This document shows positions 32,860 through 41,055 of a stretch of 64,000 nt of DNA, piece after piece (positions within the stretch are counted from its first letter, which is position 1; each line of letters starts with the position of its first letter). The notes under the pieces are model-generated. The model saw nothing but the letters and a program-made list of their open reading frames with translations, made no database searches and was not told the origin of the DNA. Where the stretch lies: positions 456 through 64,455 of the forward strand of contig CALWFB010000008.1 of assembly GCA_944377485.1 (NCBI GenBank). The letters are read 5' to 3'. The position numbers and the translations under genes are program-made. This DNA is from an uncultured Clostridia bacterium (GTDB lineage: Bacteria > Bacillota > Clostridia > Christensenellales > UBA1242).

Positions 32860-33555
32860 ATGAATAATCAAAGTATTCACGAATTAATTCCATTTAACAC
32901 AGCTTGTGATGAATTTATTTTAGGTAAATATATATTAGCCGATATCAAAATCGCTTCCATCTTAAAAATAATAGCTGATGATGAAAAACTCAAAAACATA
33001 ATTTCATCTTGCATAGATGATTATGATTTTAATGCAGCCTTTTCTATTGCATCAAAAGAAAATGATAAAGGATTTGTTTTAACTCTTCCTACTAATGAAA
33101 AAGAAATTATAGCTTTTGTTTACAATTTGCTTTATAGATTTGACAATAAAGTATATGATTTTTATGATTTTATTGCTAGATATTATAAGATTGAAGGTGA
33201 ACATAATGGAAAAGAATTCTACAATTTTGCCAATGCAATTATAATACCTTTTAAGAATGCAATTAACGATATATATTCTAAACGACATGTTATAGTCGAT
33301 ACTGATGATTATCAAACGAACTATTATAACAAAATAAAAACATGTGTTCGTATGATTATGAAAAATATTGACAATTATAAACTAAAAATGAATGAGAAAG
33401 AAGAATTTACAATGCTTCTTAATTCTCTTTTTATCGCCAGTGAGAAAAATGATAAAAAATTAGTTTATTCTCTTATGATTGGTCTTGATTATTTTACAAA
33501 AGTAAACAAAAAATCACGCTCTGCATATCTTTCTCTGGAAGAATGCTTTGCTTAA
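32860..33555 (+). CDS. Hypothetical protein (231 aa), no recognisable family
   Basis: ORF with GGAG 5 nt upstream of the ATG at 32860. The ORF-track start at 32815 falls inside the -35 box. Confidence 0.6.
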   Translation: MNNQSIHELIPFNTACDEFILGKYILADIKIASILKIIADDEKLKNIISSCIDDYDFNAAFSIASKENDKGFVLTLPTNEKEIIAFVYNLLYRFDNKVYDFYDFIARYYKIEGEHNGKEFYNFANAIIIPFKNAINDIYSKRHVIVDTDDYQTNYYNKIKTCVRMIMKNIDNYKLKMNEKEEFTMLLNSLFIASEKNDKKLVYSLMIGLDYFTKVNKKSRSAYLSLEECFA

Positions 33556-33583
33556 AAAACACCACAATTTGTGGTGTTTTTTT
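33554..33583. terminator. Bidirectional terminator
   Basis: Stem CACCACAA / TTGTGGTG (33560-33576), flanked by A6 and T7. Confidence 0.7.
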
Positions 33584-33635
33584 ATTATATTTATTTTAAT
33601 TTGCATATCTAATATTAAATTTTATCAGATTAACT

Positions 33636-35216
33636 TTATTGAATTTTGTTAAACAATTTTTTCCCAATAGTGAAGAGTAAACTTATGACAATAATTGCCA
33701 AGACCACATTAAGCATAAACATCAATCCCATATACAATACAATTCCCATAGATAAAATCTGTGTGCTAAACAAGAAATATATTATCATTGGCAAAAATGA
33801 TAAAACTAAATTGACTATCATTGTTATCAACATGCTGCCACCCTGTTTTACCGCTTGTGTTTCACTACTCCATTTTAATCTAGGCATTTTTAGATTCATT
33901 AACATACCAAACGAAACATATAAAATCAAACTTATTATATAGTAGAAGAACAACAAAACACATACACCTATTTCAAACGGATTTATAATCCACAATATAA
34001 TTTGAGCAATTAATAAAAATGGGAATACTAATAATAGATTAAATGAAATCTTTGATAATATTATGGTTGAATATTTTATAGGCAAACTTTTTAAATTGAA
34101 TAGTTTACTACCCTCCATTGAAATTGAAACAGCAGTTGTTGGCACCATTCCTATACTGAGTGTCAATAACGACATGGTTATTACGGCATATATATTTAAC
34201 GAAAGCCCACTTACACCTTTCATACCAGAACCTATCACTATTGCTACAATAATTAATAATATTGGACCAATAATACCATTCATTAAATAAACTGGACTAG
34301 ATACAAATGTTTTTGCTTCTTTTTTCAATAATGTAGAAAATATAGTAGTTTTTTTGTAATAAATTTTACCTTTGCGTTTCGATTTTATACTAATATTTAA
34401 TGCAGAATTAATCTTTTTATAACTAATAGAAACTACTAATATACTAATAATTGCAAAAAGCAAACTTATCCCCACAAAAGCTAAAAACCACAATAAACTA
34501 ACATTAATAACAGAGTTATACAAAAAATATATTTGTGGCAAAATTATTTTGATTGCTAATGGAATATCCCCAACAAATGCATCAGTAAAACTTGTGGTGT
34601 CAGCCGAGAATATAAAAACATATAATAGAATCAAAAACAAGATAGTCAATATACTTCTCATTATATTTTTATTTTTCATTTTACTAGAAATAATGTTGAT
34701 TACCCATGCCAACAAACTACCAATCAATTGTGTAAATGCGGGAAGCAAAATCAAACCAAAAACTGCAATAACAATCGCTAAGGCACTGATTTGTTCAAAA
34801 TAAAAATATACTACAAATGTAGGAATGCCAATCATAGCATTGTAAATAAATGACATCATATATGAACTTAAATACTTTGCTGTCACAACACTTGTAGTCT
34901 TAATTGGAAGAGATTGCAAAATTTCATAATCCTTGGATTTATAAAAATAACCCTGAGTATCAAATGCTGTCATCATAATAACCATAATTGTAGACATTAA
35001 TAAACCAATTAAAATTATACTTGACGCACTACCATACAATTGCATTTGAGCAATTGCCATATTATATAACGAATATCCTAAACATAAGGCTATAAATATA
35101 AAAAGAAAAATAAAATATAGCACATTTTTAACAATGCTACGTTTATTTGTGCTATTAAATGAATTGCTAAGGCTTTCCTTAAAATAAATCTTAGTTAAAT
35201 TAATTGTGTTCTTCAT
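33636..35216 (-). CDS. ABC exporter permease (polytopic, ABC-2 / putative-exporter type)
   Basis: 526 aa with more than 10 predicted TM helices. Overlaps and follows the ABC ATPase gene. Confidence 0.7.
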   Translation of the reverse strand: MKNTINLTKIYFKESLSNSFNSTNKRSIVKNVLYFIFLFIFIALCLGYSLYNMAIAQMQLYGSASSIILIGLLMSTIMVIMMTAFDTQGYFYKSKDYEILQSLPIKTTSVVTAKYLSSYMMSFIYNAMIGIPTFVVYFYFEQISALAIVIAVFGLILLPAFTQLIGSLLAWVINIISSKMKNKNIMRSILTILFLILLYVFIFSADTTSFTDAFVGDIPLAIKIILPQIYFLYNSVINVSLLWFLAFVGISLLFAIISILVVSISYKKINSALNISIKSKRKGKIYYKKTTIFSTLLKKEAKTFVSSPVYLMNGIIGPILLIIVAIVIGSGMKGVSGLSLNIYAVITMSLLTLSIGMVPTTAVSISMEGSKLFNLKSLPIKYSTIILSKISFNLLLVFPFLLIAQIILWIINPFEIGVCVLLFFYYIISLILYVSFGMLMNLKMPRLKWSSETQAVKQGGSMLITMIVNLVLSFLPMIIYFLFSTQILSMGIVLYMGLMFMLNVVLAIIVISLLFTIGKKLFNKIQ

Positions 35217-35916
35217 TCTCTAACTCCAAGAATATATCTTCAAGACTGCTCATGCCTTTGACATTTTCCATTGTATCATGAACGATTAATTTACCTTGTT
35301 TAATGATTGCTACATGCGAACAAATTTTTTCTGCTACGTCCAATACATGAGTTGAATAAAAAATTGTTGCACCATTATCTGCAAGCTCTTGTAAAATCAT
35401 TTTGAATTGATGACTGCTAATCGGGTCCAAACCAACAAAAGGTTCGTCAAGCAATAATAATTTAGGTTTATGAATTAAAGCTGATACCAATGCAATTTTT
35501 TGTTTCATTCCATGACTATATGAAGAAATCGGTTCTGTTAAATCTTTATATATCTCTAATCTGTTAGCAAATTCTTCAATGTTTTTCTTCCTTTCTTCAA
35601 CACTTAAACCAAACACATCTGCAATGAAATTCAAATATTCAATTCCTTTCAAATGTTCATACAAATCAGGATTGTCTGGTAAATACGCCAACTGCATTTT
35701 CGCTTTCATAGGTTCATGCTGAATATCTATATCATTAATTGAAATTTTACCGTTATCAAAACCCATTATTCCTGCAATTGCTTTAAGGGTAGTAGTCTTA
35801 CCTGCTCCATTGTGCCCAATGAATGCACAAATCTGACCATCTTCAACTGTCAAATTTAAATCATCAACAGCAATTTTATCTCCATATTTTTTTGTCAAAT
35901 GCTCTATTTTTAACAT
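35200..35916 (-). CDS. ABC transporter ATP-binding protein
   Basis: Has Walker A GHNGAGKTT, signature SHGMKQK, Walker B LLLLDEP and an H-loop STH. Confidence 0.92.
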   Translation of the reverse strand: MLKIEHLTKKYGDKIAVDDLNLTVEDGQICAFIGHNGAGKTTTLKAIAGIMGFDNGKISINDIDIQHEPMKAKMQLAYLPDNPDLYEHLKGIEYLNFIADVFGLSVEERKKNIEEFANRLEIYKDLTEPISSYSHGMKQKIALVSALIHKPKLLLLDEPFVGLDPISSHQFKMILQELADNGATIFYSTHVLDVAEKICSHVAIIKQGKLIVHDTMENVKGMSSLEDIFLELENEEHN

Positions 35917-36110
35917 TTTATCTCCTTATCTCCTAGTATCATTCTAACAAAAAATTAATTGTAAATCAATTATTTTATATATAACTACTAAATTTTTTTA
36001 ATATTTTTTACTAAATATATTTCAAATTTATAAAACAAATATATTTCACATCAAATTATTAAATAAAGGCATTTTTTAATAATAATATTTTGAAAACAAA
36101 TTTTAAATTT

Positions 36111-36135
36111 AAAAAAATACCTATAAAATAGGCAT
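36111..36135 (-). terminator. Intrinsic terminator after tRNA-Leu
   Basis: On the minus strand: stem AUGCCUAU / AUAGGUAU (one G-U pair), followed by a T7 run. Confidence 0.55.
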
Positions 36136-36140
36136 TTCAA

Positions 36141-36228
36141 TGGTGCCGGTGGTCGGGGTCGAACCGACACGGGCGGTTAAGCCCCCAGGATTTTAAGTCC
36201 TGTGCGTCTGCCATTTCGCCACACCGGC
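36141..36228 (-). tRNA. tRNA-Leu (anticodon TAA), class II with long variable arm, CCA encoded
   Basis: Manual fold: acceptor GCCGGTG/CACCGGC, anticodon stem CAGGA/TCCTG with loop CTTAAAA, T-arm GTCGG-TTCGACC-CCGAC. Confidence 0.93.
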
Positions 36229-36292
36229 ATAGTTTGATTAATTTGATGGCTTGTCTTTTTTATCATCAATCATAATTGTAATAAATAATGAT

Positions 36293-36366
36293 TGGAGGCA
36301 CCAACCAGATTCGAACTGGTGATGAGGGTTTTGCAGACCCGAGCCTTACCACTTGGCGATGGTGCC
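36293..36366 (-). tRNA. tRNA-Cys (anticodon GCA), CCA encoded
   Basis: Manual fold: acceptor GGCACCA/TGGTGCC, anticodon loop CTGCAAA, T-arm ACCAG-TTCGAAT-CTGGT, discriminator U. Confidence 0.9.
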
Positions 36367-36380
36367 ACATAGACTATATT

Positions 36381-36409
36381 ATTATATATGAAAAAAAAGA
36401 AAATTGCAA
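36381..36409 (-). promoter_or_regulatory. Sigma-A-type promoter for tRNA-Cys/tRNA-Leu
   Basis: On the minus strand: TTGCAA, 17 nt, TATAAT, ending 14 nt before the tRNA-Cys 5' end. Confidence 0.6.
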
Positions 36410-36523
36410 CATATTTTATGAAAGTTTTTCATTTTTGTTAAAAATAAAATAAGTCTAGCAGAAACTAAACTTATTTTTGATTAATTTTACATATAGTGAT
36501 TATATTTTGATTTACTTATTTCA

Positions 36524-38158
36524 TTACTTTATAGAATGAATTTTCTCCTTTATATTCAAATAATCGTCATAATTTCCTTGGAAAGTATACAATTTATGAT
36601 TATAAATTTCTATAATTTTATTTGCAATTTTATTGATAAAATATCTATCGTGACTGACAAATATCAATGTTCCTTTAAATTTTGATAAAGTGTCTTCCAA
36701 CACCTCTCTAGTTTCAATATCAATGTGATTAGTAGGTTCATCAAGGATTAATAAATTAATTTCTTTTTGTAGCATAATTGCTAATTTTAATCGCAATTTT
36801 TCTCCACCAGACAGCACACCCACCCTTTTTAATACATCTTTTTTGAGAAATTGAAAATTGTAGAGTACACTTCGTGCGACAACTTCATCAAGCCCAGTCT
36901 CCGATATAAAATGTTCAAGCAAACTCTGTTTCCTATCCTCAAATTCAATAATTTGTGAAAGATAAGCAACCTTTTGATTTGAGCCAACGAAAATAGAAGA
37001 ATTTGAATTAGAAATTATTTCATTTATTAATGTTGACTTGCCTGTACCATTATCCCCAATAATTGCTACTTTTTCGCCATTTAAAATCAGGCAATTCGAA
37101 TCAGCTAATAGTCGCTTATTTCCCGCATAGAGCGTCAAATTTTTTATCTTTACAACTTCGTTCGAACCTCGACCAAATGATTTGAAATTTATAGGATATT
37201 CTGTTTTTTCTTTTGGTTTTTCTATGGCATTTTCTCTTAACCTATCCAAATTAGATTGAATAGCTTTTGCACGTCTAAAAAATGTAGGATTATCTGCCAT
37301 TTTACCCCATTCTTTGAGCCTCTTTATTGCCTTTTCCATCTCATCAAATTTTCGCTGTTGTACTTTGTAAATTTGAAATTCTTTTACTTCCTCATTTTCT
37401 TTCTGAATTACAAAATCAGTATAATTTCCATAGTATATTTTAGTTTTTCCAGCTTCCAATTCAATCACTTTTTGAATTGTTTTGTCCAAGAAAAATCTAT
37501 CGTGTGACACAATAATCACAGAACCTTTGTATTCTCTTATATATTTTTCTAACCATTCAATGCGACTAATATCTAAATGATTAGTCGGTTCATCAAGCAA
37601 CAATAATTCAGGTTTTGAAAGTAATATTTTAGCCAAATTTATAAGTGTACGTTCTCCACCCGAAAGTGTAGAAAATTCTCTATTTAAAAGATTTCTATCA
37701 ATATCTAATCCATTTAACACAATATCTAATTGAATATCTTTATCATAACCTCCTAGTCTTGTAAATTTTTCTAAAAGATTACTATATTTTTCAATAACTG
37801 AATTTAGTTCATAGGAATCTGTAATGCTAGACATTTTACTCTCATAATTCTTCAATGCTGATTCAATTTGATTAAGGTCTTCAAATGCAGAATATAATAT
37901 ATCTCTGCATGTTCCTGATTTGCTATCAGCAACATCTCCTTGTTCTAAATATTCAACTTTAAAATCTTTTTTTATACTGATGGTTCCACTATCCTGTTTT
38001 TCAATGTGTGCTATTAGTTTTAATAATGTTGACTTCCCTGTACCATTATTTCCAACTAAACCTATTTTTTCTCCTTCATTTATTGAAAAGGATATTTCGT
38101 TTAATATATTTCCAAATCCAAATGATTTACTAACTTTATTAACATCTAAAATAATCAT
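36524..38158 (-). CDS. ABC-F family ATPase (tandem ABC domains, no TM domain)
   Basis: 544 aa. Has two cassettes: GNNGTGKST...LSGGERT...LLLDEPTNHLD and GDNGTGKST...LSGGEKL...LILDEPTNHID. They are joined by a charged helical linker. Confidence 0.9.
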   Translation of the reverse strand: MIILDVNKVSKSFGFGNILNEISFSINEGEKIGLVGNNGTGKSTLLKLIAHIEKQDSGTISIKKDFKVEYLEQGDVADSKSGTCRDILYSAFEDLNQIESALKNYESKMSSITDSYELNSVIEKYSNLLEKFTRLGGYDKDIQLDIVLNGLDIDRNLLNREFSTLSGGERTLINLAKILLSKPELLLLDEPTNHLDISRIEWLEKYIREYKGSVIIVSHDRFFLDKTIQKVIELEAGKTKIYYGNYTDFVIQKENEEVKEFQIYKVQQRKFDEMEKAIKRLKEWGKMADNPTFFRRAKAIQSNLDRLRENAIEKPKEKTEYPINFKSFGRGSNEVVKIKNLTLYAGNKRLLADSNCLILNGEKVAIIGDNGTGKSTLINEIISNSNSSIFVGSNQKVAYLSQIIEFEDRKQSLLEHFISETGLDEVVARSVLYNFQFLKKDVLKRVGVLSGGEKLRLKLAIMLQKEINLLILDEPTNHIDIETREVLEDTLSKFKGTLIFVSHDRYFINKIANKIIEIYNHKLYTFQGNYDDYLNIKEKIHSIK

Positions 38159-38226
38159 AATCTACCTCTTAAAATAAATTTTTGAAGTACAGAATGATAT
38201 AAAAAATCATACCATACAATCATCGT

Positions 38227-38260
38227 AAAAAATTATGTTGCATTTATCTCAGTGCAACAT
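38227..38260 (-). terminator. Terminator-like hairpin inside the ABC-F 5' leader (candidate attenuator)
   Basis: Perfect 8-bp stem ATGTTGCA / TGCAACAT (38235-38242, 38253-38260) with a 10-nt loop. On the minus strand it is followed by AATTTTTT. It lies about 70 nt upstream of the ABC-F ATG. Confidence 0.5.
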
Positions 38261-38264
38261 TAAA

Positions 38265-38303
38265 CTAATCTTCAACGTATGCTAGTATAGTATGATACCT
38301 CAT
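38265..38303 (-). CDS. Candidate 12-codon leader peptide MRYHTILAYVED (possibly leaderless)
   Basis: The ATG lies exactly 6 nt downstream of a TATTAT -10 box. The TAG stop lies 4 nt before the terminator stem. There is no SD. Confidence 0.3.
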   Translation of the reverse strand: MRYHTILAYVED

Positions 38304-38309
38304 ATTATG

Positions 38310-38338
38310 ATAATATTACATTAAAAATAAAAAGTCAA
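38310..38338 (-). promoter_or_regulatory. Sigma-A-type promoter of the ABC-F leader
   Basis: On the minus strand: TTGACT, 17 nt, TATTAT. Confidence 0.5.
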
Positions 38339-38520
38339 TATTTTTTAATTTTAAAAATAAAATTTATATAAAAATGGTGTAAACATAGATTATAACTATA
38401 TTTTTTAACAACTAATGAATAGTAAAGAGTCTTTTATTCTAGTAAAAAATAAAAATGACTAGGTTTACCACCACAAAATGTAGTACCTAGTCATCTTAAA
38501 ATCACAAAATATTGTGTTTA

Positions 38521-38595
38521 TGGAGCGGAAGACGAGATTCGAACTCGCGACATTTGCCTTGGCAAGGCAACGCTCTACCACTGAGCCACTCCCGC
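38521..38595 (-). tRNA. tRNA-Gly (anticodon GCC), CCA encoded
   Basis: Manual fold: acceptor GCGGGAG/CTTCCGC (one G-U pair), anticodon stem TTGCC/GGCAA with loop TTGCCAA, T-arm GCGAG-TTCGAAT-CTCGT. Confidence 0.93.
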
Positions 38596-38643
38596 ATAAT
38601 CATTCAAAATATTAAGATATTGCAATTATTAAATTTAATTAAT

Positions 38644-38750
38644 CGCATTGCCTCGGCAACACTCTTCCTGTCGCCTACGCTCCACTCGCTACGCTAAAAC
38701 AGCAAACTATTGCTGTTTCTTAACACTGCTCCCCACTGAGCCACTCCCGC
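38644..38750 (-). pseudogene. Decayed tRNA-Gly copy: 5' half plus a remnant of the anticodon stem, interrupted by about 60 nt, with no T-arm or 3' acceptor
   Basis: The 23-nt string ccactgagccactcccgcataa occurs at both 38577-38599 and 38732-38754. The second piece, GTGTTGCCGAGGCAATGCG (38644-38662), resembles GCGTTGCC..GGCAAATGTCGCG of the intact gene. Confidence 0.45.
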
Positions 38751-38838
38751 ATAACTATAAAATTAAATATCTAAATGGTATATTATAAATATATTCAAAC
38801 GGATTAATATTGTTAAAAGAAAATACAATCGTTTGAAT

Positions 38839-38914
38839 TGGTGGGAGATATAGGACTCGAACCTATGACCCTCTGCTTGTAAGGCAGGTACTCTACCAAC
38901 TGCGCTAATCTCCC
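38839..38914 (-). tRNA. tRNA-Val (anticodon TAC), CCA encoded
   Basis: Manual fold: acceptor GGGAGAT/ATCTCCC, anticodon stem CCTGC/GCAGA with one mismatch, loop CTTACAA, T-arm ATAGG-TTCGAGT-CCTAT. There is one D-stem mismatch. Confidence 0.9.
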
Positions 38915-38936
38915 ATACATAAGCGATTGCAATATA

Positions 38937-38965
38937 AATATATCATAAAGAAAATATTATGTCAA
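38937..38965 (-). promoter_or_regulatory. Sigma-A-type extended -10 promoter for the tRNA-Val/Gly unit
   Basis: On the minus strand: TTGACA, 17 nt, TGATATATT, ending about 22 nt before the tRNA-Val 5' end. Confidence 0.6.
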
Positions 38966-38998
38966 CAATTTTTTATTAAAATTTTAAAATAAATAAAA

Positions 38999-39026
38999 TA
39001 AAAAAGAGGAGATAATCCCCTTTTTT
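38999..39026 (-). terminator. Intrinsic terminator after the Ser-rich small gene
   Basis: On the minus strand: AAGGGGA-UUAUC-UCCUCUU stem (one G-U pair), followed by a T-run. It lies about 30 nt after the TAA. Confidence 0.5.
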
Positions 39027-39053
39027 AGATTTAATTTTTGTTTGAAATAGAAA

Positions 39054-39269
39054 TTATTTACCACAACTTTTTGAACTGGCAGATTTGCTTCCAGTTGCCT
39101 TTGTAGAACTACTTCTACTTCCACATGATTTTGTACTACAAGATTTTGTAGATGCACTTTTTGTAGAAGCTTTTGAAGAACTACTTGTGTGGCTAGCACT
39201 ACTACTATCTGATGAAACACTAGAAACATCAGTAGCTGACTTCATTTCTTTCTTCTTTTTACCAAACAT
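39054..39269 (-). CDS. Small Ser/Thr/Lys-rich protein (71 aa) with (K-S-x-S-T)-type pentad repeats, family unknown
   Basis: AAGGAG (39277-39282) lies 7 nt upstream of the ATG. The gene has its own terminator. 28 of 71 residues are Ser and 3 are Cys. The region is low complexity, so two other frames are also open. Confidence 0.5.
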   Translation of the reverse strand: MFGKKKKEMKSATDVSSVSSDSSSASHTSSSSKASTKSASTKSCSTKSCGSRSSSTKATGSKSASSKSCGK

Positions 39270-39354
39270 AATTAAACTCCTTTTATGTAGTTGCCTACAA
39301 CCTTAGTATGAGCAAATTTTTTAAAAAAATACATATTTTAACAAATTTAGACAA

Positions 39355-39381
39355 AAGAAAAAATACCCATATAATGGGTAT
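39355..39381 (-). terminator. Intrinsic terminator after fakA
   Basis: Stem ATACCCAT / ATGGGTAT (39363-39370, 39374-39381), followed by a T-run on the minus strand. Confidence 0.65.
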
Positions 39382-39407
39382 AAATTTAATAAATTACACT
39401 ATATATC

Positions 39408-41042
39408 CTATTCAACAGAGATAATATAATAATAGACTGGCTGTCCACCATATACCATAGAGATATCAACTTCTGGATATTTTTCTTCCAATTTTGATTG
39501 AAGATTAGATGAATCTTCTTCTGTTATACCTTCTCCATAGAACAATGTTATATTACTAGAATCTGATGTAATAATTTTATCAATAAGGTCTATTGTCGTA
39601 TCCAAAACATCTTTTCCTGTTGTTAAAACAGAATGCTCATCTAGTCCCATGATGTCGCCAACTTTAACCTCTAAGCCATCAACATTAGTTGTTCTAACAG
39701 CATAAGTGACCGAACCAGATTTTACATTAGCGATAGCATCCAACATATTAGATTTGTTTTCTTCGACTGATGCATTAGGGTCAAATGCAAGTATTGCACT
39801 AACACCCTCTGGTATACTTCTAGTCGGTATAATTATTAAATTTTTATCTGTAATATCATTTGCTTGTTCTGCTGACATAATAATATTTTTGTTATTTGGG
39901 AAAACAAATATGTTTTTTGCATTAACCTTATCAGCGGCAGTGGCAATATCATTAGCACTAGGATTCATAGTCTGTCCACCACTGATGATATAATCTACAT
40001 CGATATCTTTAAATACATTGCTTAAACCTTCTCCTGCGGCGACTGATATCATACCAAATTCTTTATCTGGAACCTTCTCTTGTTGTTTTCTAAGTTGACG
40101 ATTTTGCTCTAACATATTCTCGATTTTCACGCCATTTAATTCACCTAATTGAAGTGCATATCCCAATGCTCTATTAGGCTCATTAGTATGAACGTGTACT
40201 TTAATCAACTGCAAATCACCAATACACAACACGCAATCGCCTATCTCCATTAAACGAGAACGCAAGGTATTAATATCTGCATCAGTAGTCTTCTCATAGA
40301 TATTGATTACAAAAAATTCTGTACAATACGCAAATTTAATATCTGCCAACGATTGATAATTAACATGTATATCTTCGCTCGTCACATCTTTTTCTACATT
40401 ATCAACGAACTGAACATCAGCCATCTCACCAGTAAGGGCTTTGTAGAATCCACTGAATATAAATACTAAACCTCTACCACCGGCATCTACTACTCCCGCC
40501 TTTTTTAATACAGGCAACATATCAGGGGTCATCTGTAATGTTGTTTCGCCATGACTTATAATCTCATTAAGAAAATCTTCAAAACTTTTAGCTGACTTGG
40601 CAGCTTGTTTAGCCTTTTCTGCCATAGCTTTGATGATAGTTAAAATAGTGCCTTCTTTTGGAACAGTCACTGCTTTATATGCCATATCCGAACCATTTTG
40701 CATCGCTTTTGCAAAATCTTTCAAAGTAATTTCGGTTTCATTTGACATCAATACAGAGCATATCCCTTTGATAATTTGTGAGGTAATAACACCACTATTA
40801 CCTCGTGCACCTTTCAAAGCACCACGATTGAATGCCACACAAATAGACTCAATCGTGTTAGATTCGCACGCATTCATCTCGCTAACTGCGCTTTTTAAAG
40901 TTAAACTCATATTTGTTCCAGTGTCACCATCAGGCACTGGGAACACATTTAAAGCATCAATATTTTTCTTATTTTCTTCCACTAACGAAAAAGCATTTAG
41001 AAACATCTTTCTTAACGTAGAACCGTTAATAGTCTTACCCAT
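39408..41042 (-). CDS. fakA: DAK2-domain protein YloV / fatty acid kinase subunit FakA
   Basis: 544 aa. Has the N-terminal Dak2 motif PDGDTGTNM and the asp23-yloV synteny divergent from rpmB. Confidence 0.85.
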   Translation of the reverse strand: MGKTINGSTLRKMFLNAFSLVEENKKNIDALNVFPVPDGDTGTNMSLTLKSAVSEMNACESNTIESICVAFNRGALKGARGNSGVITSQIIKGICSVLMSNETEITLKDFAKAMQNGSDMAYKAVTVPKEGTILTIIKAMAEKAKQAAKSAKSFEDFLNEIISHGETTLQMTPDMLPVLKKAGVVDAGGRGLVFIFSGFYKALTGEMADVQFVDNVEKDVTSEDIHVNYQSLADIKFAYCTEFFVINIYEKTTDADINTLRSRLMEIGDCVLCIGDLQLIKVHVHTNEPNRALGYALQLGELNGVKIENMLEQNRQLRKQQEKVPDKEFGMISVAAGEGLSNVFKDIDVDYIISGGQTMNPSANDIATAADKVNAKNIFVFPNNKNIIMSAEQANDITDKNLIIIPTRSIPEGVSAILAFDPNASVEENKSNMLDAIANVKSGSVTYAVRTTNVDGLEVKVGDIMGLDEHSVLTTGKDVLDTTIDLIDKIITSDSSNITLFYGEGITEEDSSNLQSKLEEKYPEVDISMVYGGQPVYYYIISVE

Positions 41043-41055
41043 AATTATTAAACTC

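Noticed and set aside
38512-38697. 61-aa plus-strand ORF.
   Set aside because: It is the antisense of tRNA-Gly and of the tRNA-like fragment.
38984-39306. Alternative ORFs 38984-39229 (-) and 39085-39306 (+), which overlap the Ser-rich small gene.
   Set aside because: Neither has an SD. The 39054-39269 frame is the only one with AAGGAG plus ATG and a terminator. The others are open only because the DNA is a 15-nt repeat. The call for the chosen frame remains only moderate.
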